Source: a bacterium (GTDB lineage Bacteria; Babelota; Babeliae; Babelales; GCA-2401785). Taken from it: a DNA stretch of 34,967 nucleotides. Made by a program: the position numbers and the translations under genes. The stretch covers positions 1 to 34,967 of the forward strand of contig JABIAA010000075.1 of assembly GCA_018656485.1 (NCBI GenBank), given 5' to 3'. Below the pieces are notes generated by a model. That model ran no database searches. It saw only the letters and a list, made by a program, of their open reading frames with translations, and was not told where the DNA came from. The first letter of the stretch is position 1. Each line of letters opens with the position of its first letter. This document shows, piece after piece, positions 34,076-34,967 of the stretch.

Positions 34076-34153
34076 CCAAAATTTATACCAAACACAATCG
34101 ACAAACCTAAGAACAAATTATGCCAATTTTTCACAGCTTGGGAGCGCAATTAA
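34076..34153 (+). pseudogene. Relic of an E2-type 3' end
   Basis: The translation PKFIPNTIDKPKNKLCQFFTAWERN* compares with E2b PEFRPNTVDKPGRAHYTKFLQLG and E2a PQIRQNTIEKPLETHRVHFLQLN. The DNA is visibly alignable to 33908-33976. It starts 6 nt after the E2b stop and has no start codon. Confidence 0.55.
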
Positions 34154-34303
34154 ATTGCATTCATTTTCTTACACCCACTTTAATAATCCCCGAGAAATCA
34201 TCTGGAAAAAGTTTCCACACAAAAACATCCTAGACAAAACGATTTTATACCAGTATTGTTGGCACAGAATTGCAATAAAATATGTAAAACAAAAGGAAAC
34301 AAA

Positions 34304-34843
34304 ATGAAAAAATTTTTATTCGCCATACTTGTCTTATCACTATGTGCCACGAACAATTCTAAAAGTTGTATCGTCATCAAGTGCGGCGGAAAAGCAACAT
34401 CCTCCAAATCTCCACATAAGCGTATGTCCAAAAAAGAAGTTAGGGCAATTGGCGCAGAATTCCAGACAAAAACCGGAGCGGAATATCAGGCAACAGCTTA
34501 TGTGTATGACGGCAATTCGGGAAAACCGAAAATGGTATCAATGGACTCCGAAAATTTTATCAACCTCTTGAAATTAGTTACAGAAATGGATTCCCCAGAA
34601 ATAAGTGATTTAGAACTTATAAACAATCTCAGACACAGCAATGTATTGATCGCTCTTCCTAAAGAAGTTTACCGTTCCACAAATCAAATGGAAACCTTCG
34701 CAAGGAGAAAACGCCAGCTAAAAGAATCACTTTATGAGATACGATCAATCACCTTCATTCCGCAACATTCTGAAGCGATTGAAGTTATAGAAATATCGGA
34801 CGGTGGGCGTCCAGAAAAAAAATTAGTACAATTCCCCGTTTAA
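34304..34843 (+). CDS. Small secreted protein / possible lipoprotein (possible distant E-family member)
   Basis: I chose the ATG at 34304 (AAAGGAAACAAA before it), giving an E-type leader MKKFLFAILVLSLCATNNSKSC. The C-terminal RKRQLKESLYEIRSITF loosely resembles the E1 EKQLRAVMRKLPGIRSF. Otherwise it is unique. Confidence 0.7.
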   Translation: MKKFLFAILVLSLCATNNSKSCIVIKCGGKATSSKSPHKRMSKKEVRAIGAEFQTKTGAEYQATAYVYDGNSGKPKMVSMDSENFINLLKLVTEMDSPEISDLELINNLRHSNVLIALPKEVYRSTNQMETFARRKRQLKESLYEIRSITFIPQHSEAIEVIEISDGGRPEKKLVQFPV

Positions 34844-34967
34844 AAATCACACACGCTGCACAAGGCATAGGGTGTGGACTGCAGGGGTACAAGCCCATGC
34901 CGACCTAAACCGCGACGATCCGTTTCTTAAATGCCTTCTGTGACATCGATGAATTTACGCCAAGACC

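Noticed and set aside
34905-34967. A possible 3' end of a minus-strand gene at the window edge (reverse translation ...GLGVNSSMSQKAFKKRIVAV*), in a locally more G+C-rich stretch.
   Set aside because: Only 20 codons are visible with no recognisable motif, which is too short to support a feature.

Overview
A+T-rich, A-skewed bacterial window (roughly 40% G+C by eye). About 40 of 41 credible genes lie on the + strand and are tightly packed. Only five genes are recognisable housekeeping genes: mnmG (5'-truncated, 2-1435), a HerA/DUF87-type ATPase (8565-10211), an OmpH/Skp-like chaperone (10290-10856), pth (10876-11460), and arguably a PPP-type metallophosphatase (20887-22302). Everything else is lineage-specific, signal-peptide-bearing ORFs organised as tandem paralogue families. 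Island 1 (1544-8587, between mnmG and herA) holds family A (2 copies), eukaryote-like LRR proteins (2 copies plus a 3' fragment), a two-TM family C (2 copies) and one orphan. Island 2 (11583-34843, after pth) is the main signal. It has 13 full-length copies plus 1 truncated copy of family D, whose architecture is signal peptide, variable domain, HPxLAxKI segment, about 2 LRR-like units, and a Cys-containing core LPxSLRxKIC...VNFxNGPGxxxC. The secreted-looking PPP phosphatase interrupts this array. A second array (family E) follows, in which two related subfamilies alternate as a duplicated E1-E2 cassette. Three gene relics point to ongoing birth-and-death evolution: an LRR 3' end, a phosphatase 3' end and an E2 3' end. 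So do a repeat family shared by two spacers (one copy bounded by 20-bp inverted repeats), a promoter-like word duplicated before several D genes, and a near-identical leader shared by two otherwise divergent copies. I saw no rRNA, tRNA, CRISPR array or intact transposase. The content resembles the secreted effector or surface repertoires of host-associated (possibly protist-associated intracellular) bacteria, but that reading is inference only. All similarity statements come from hand alignment, not database searches.
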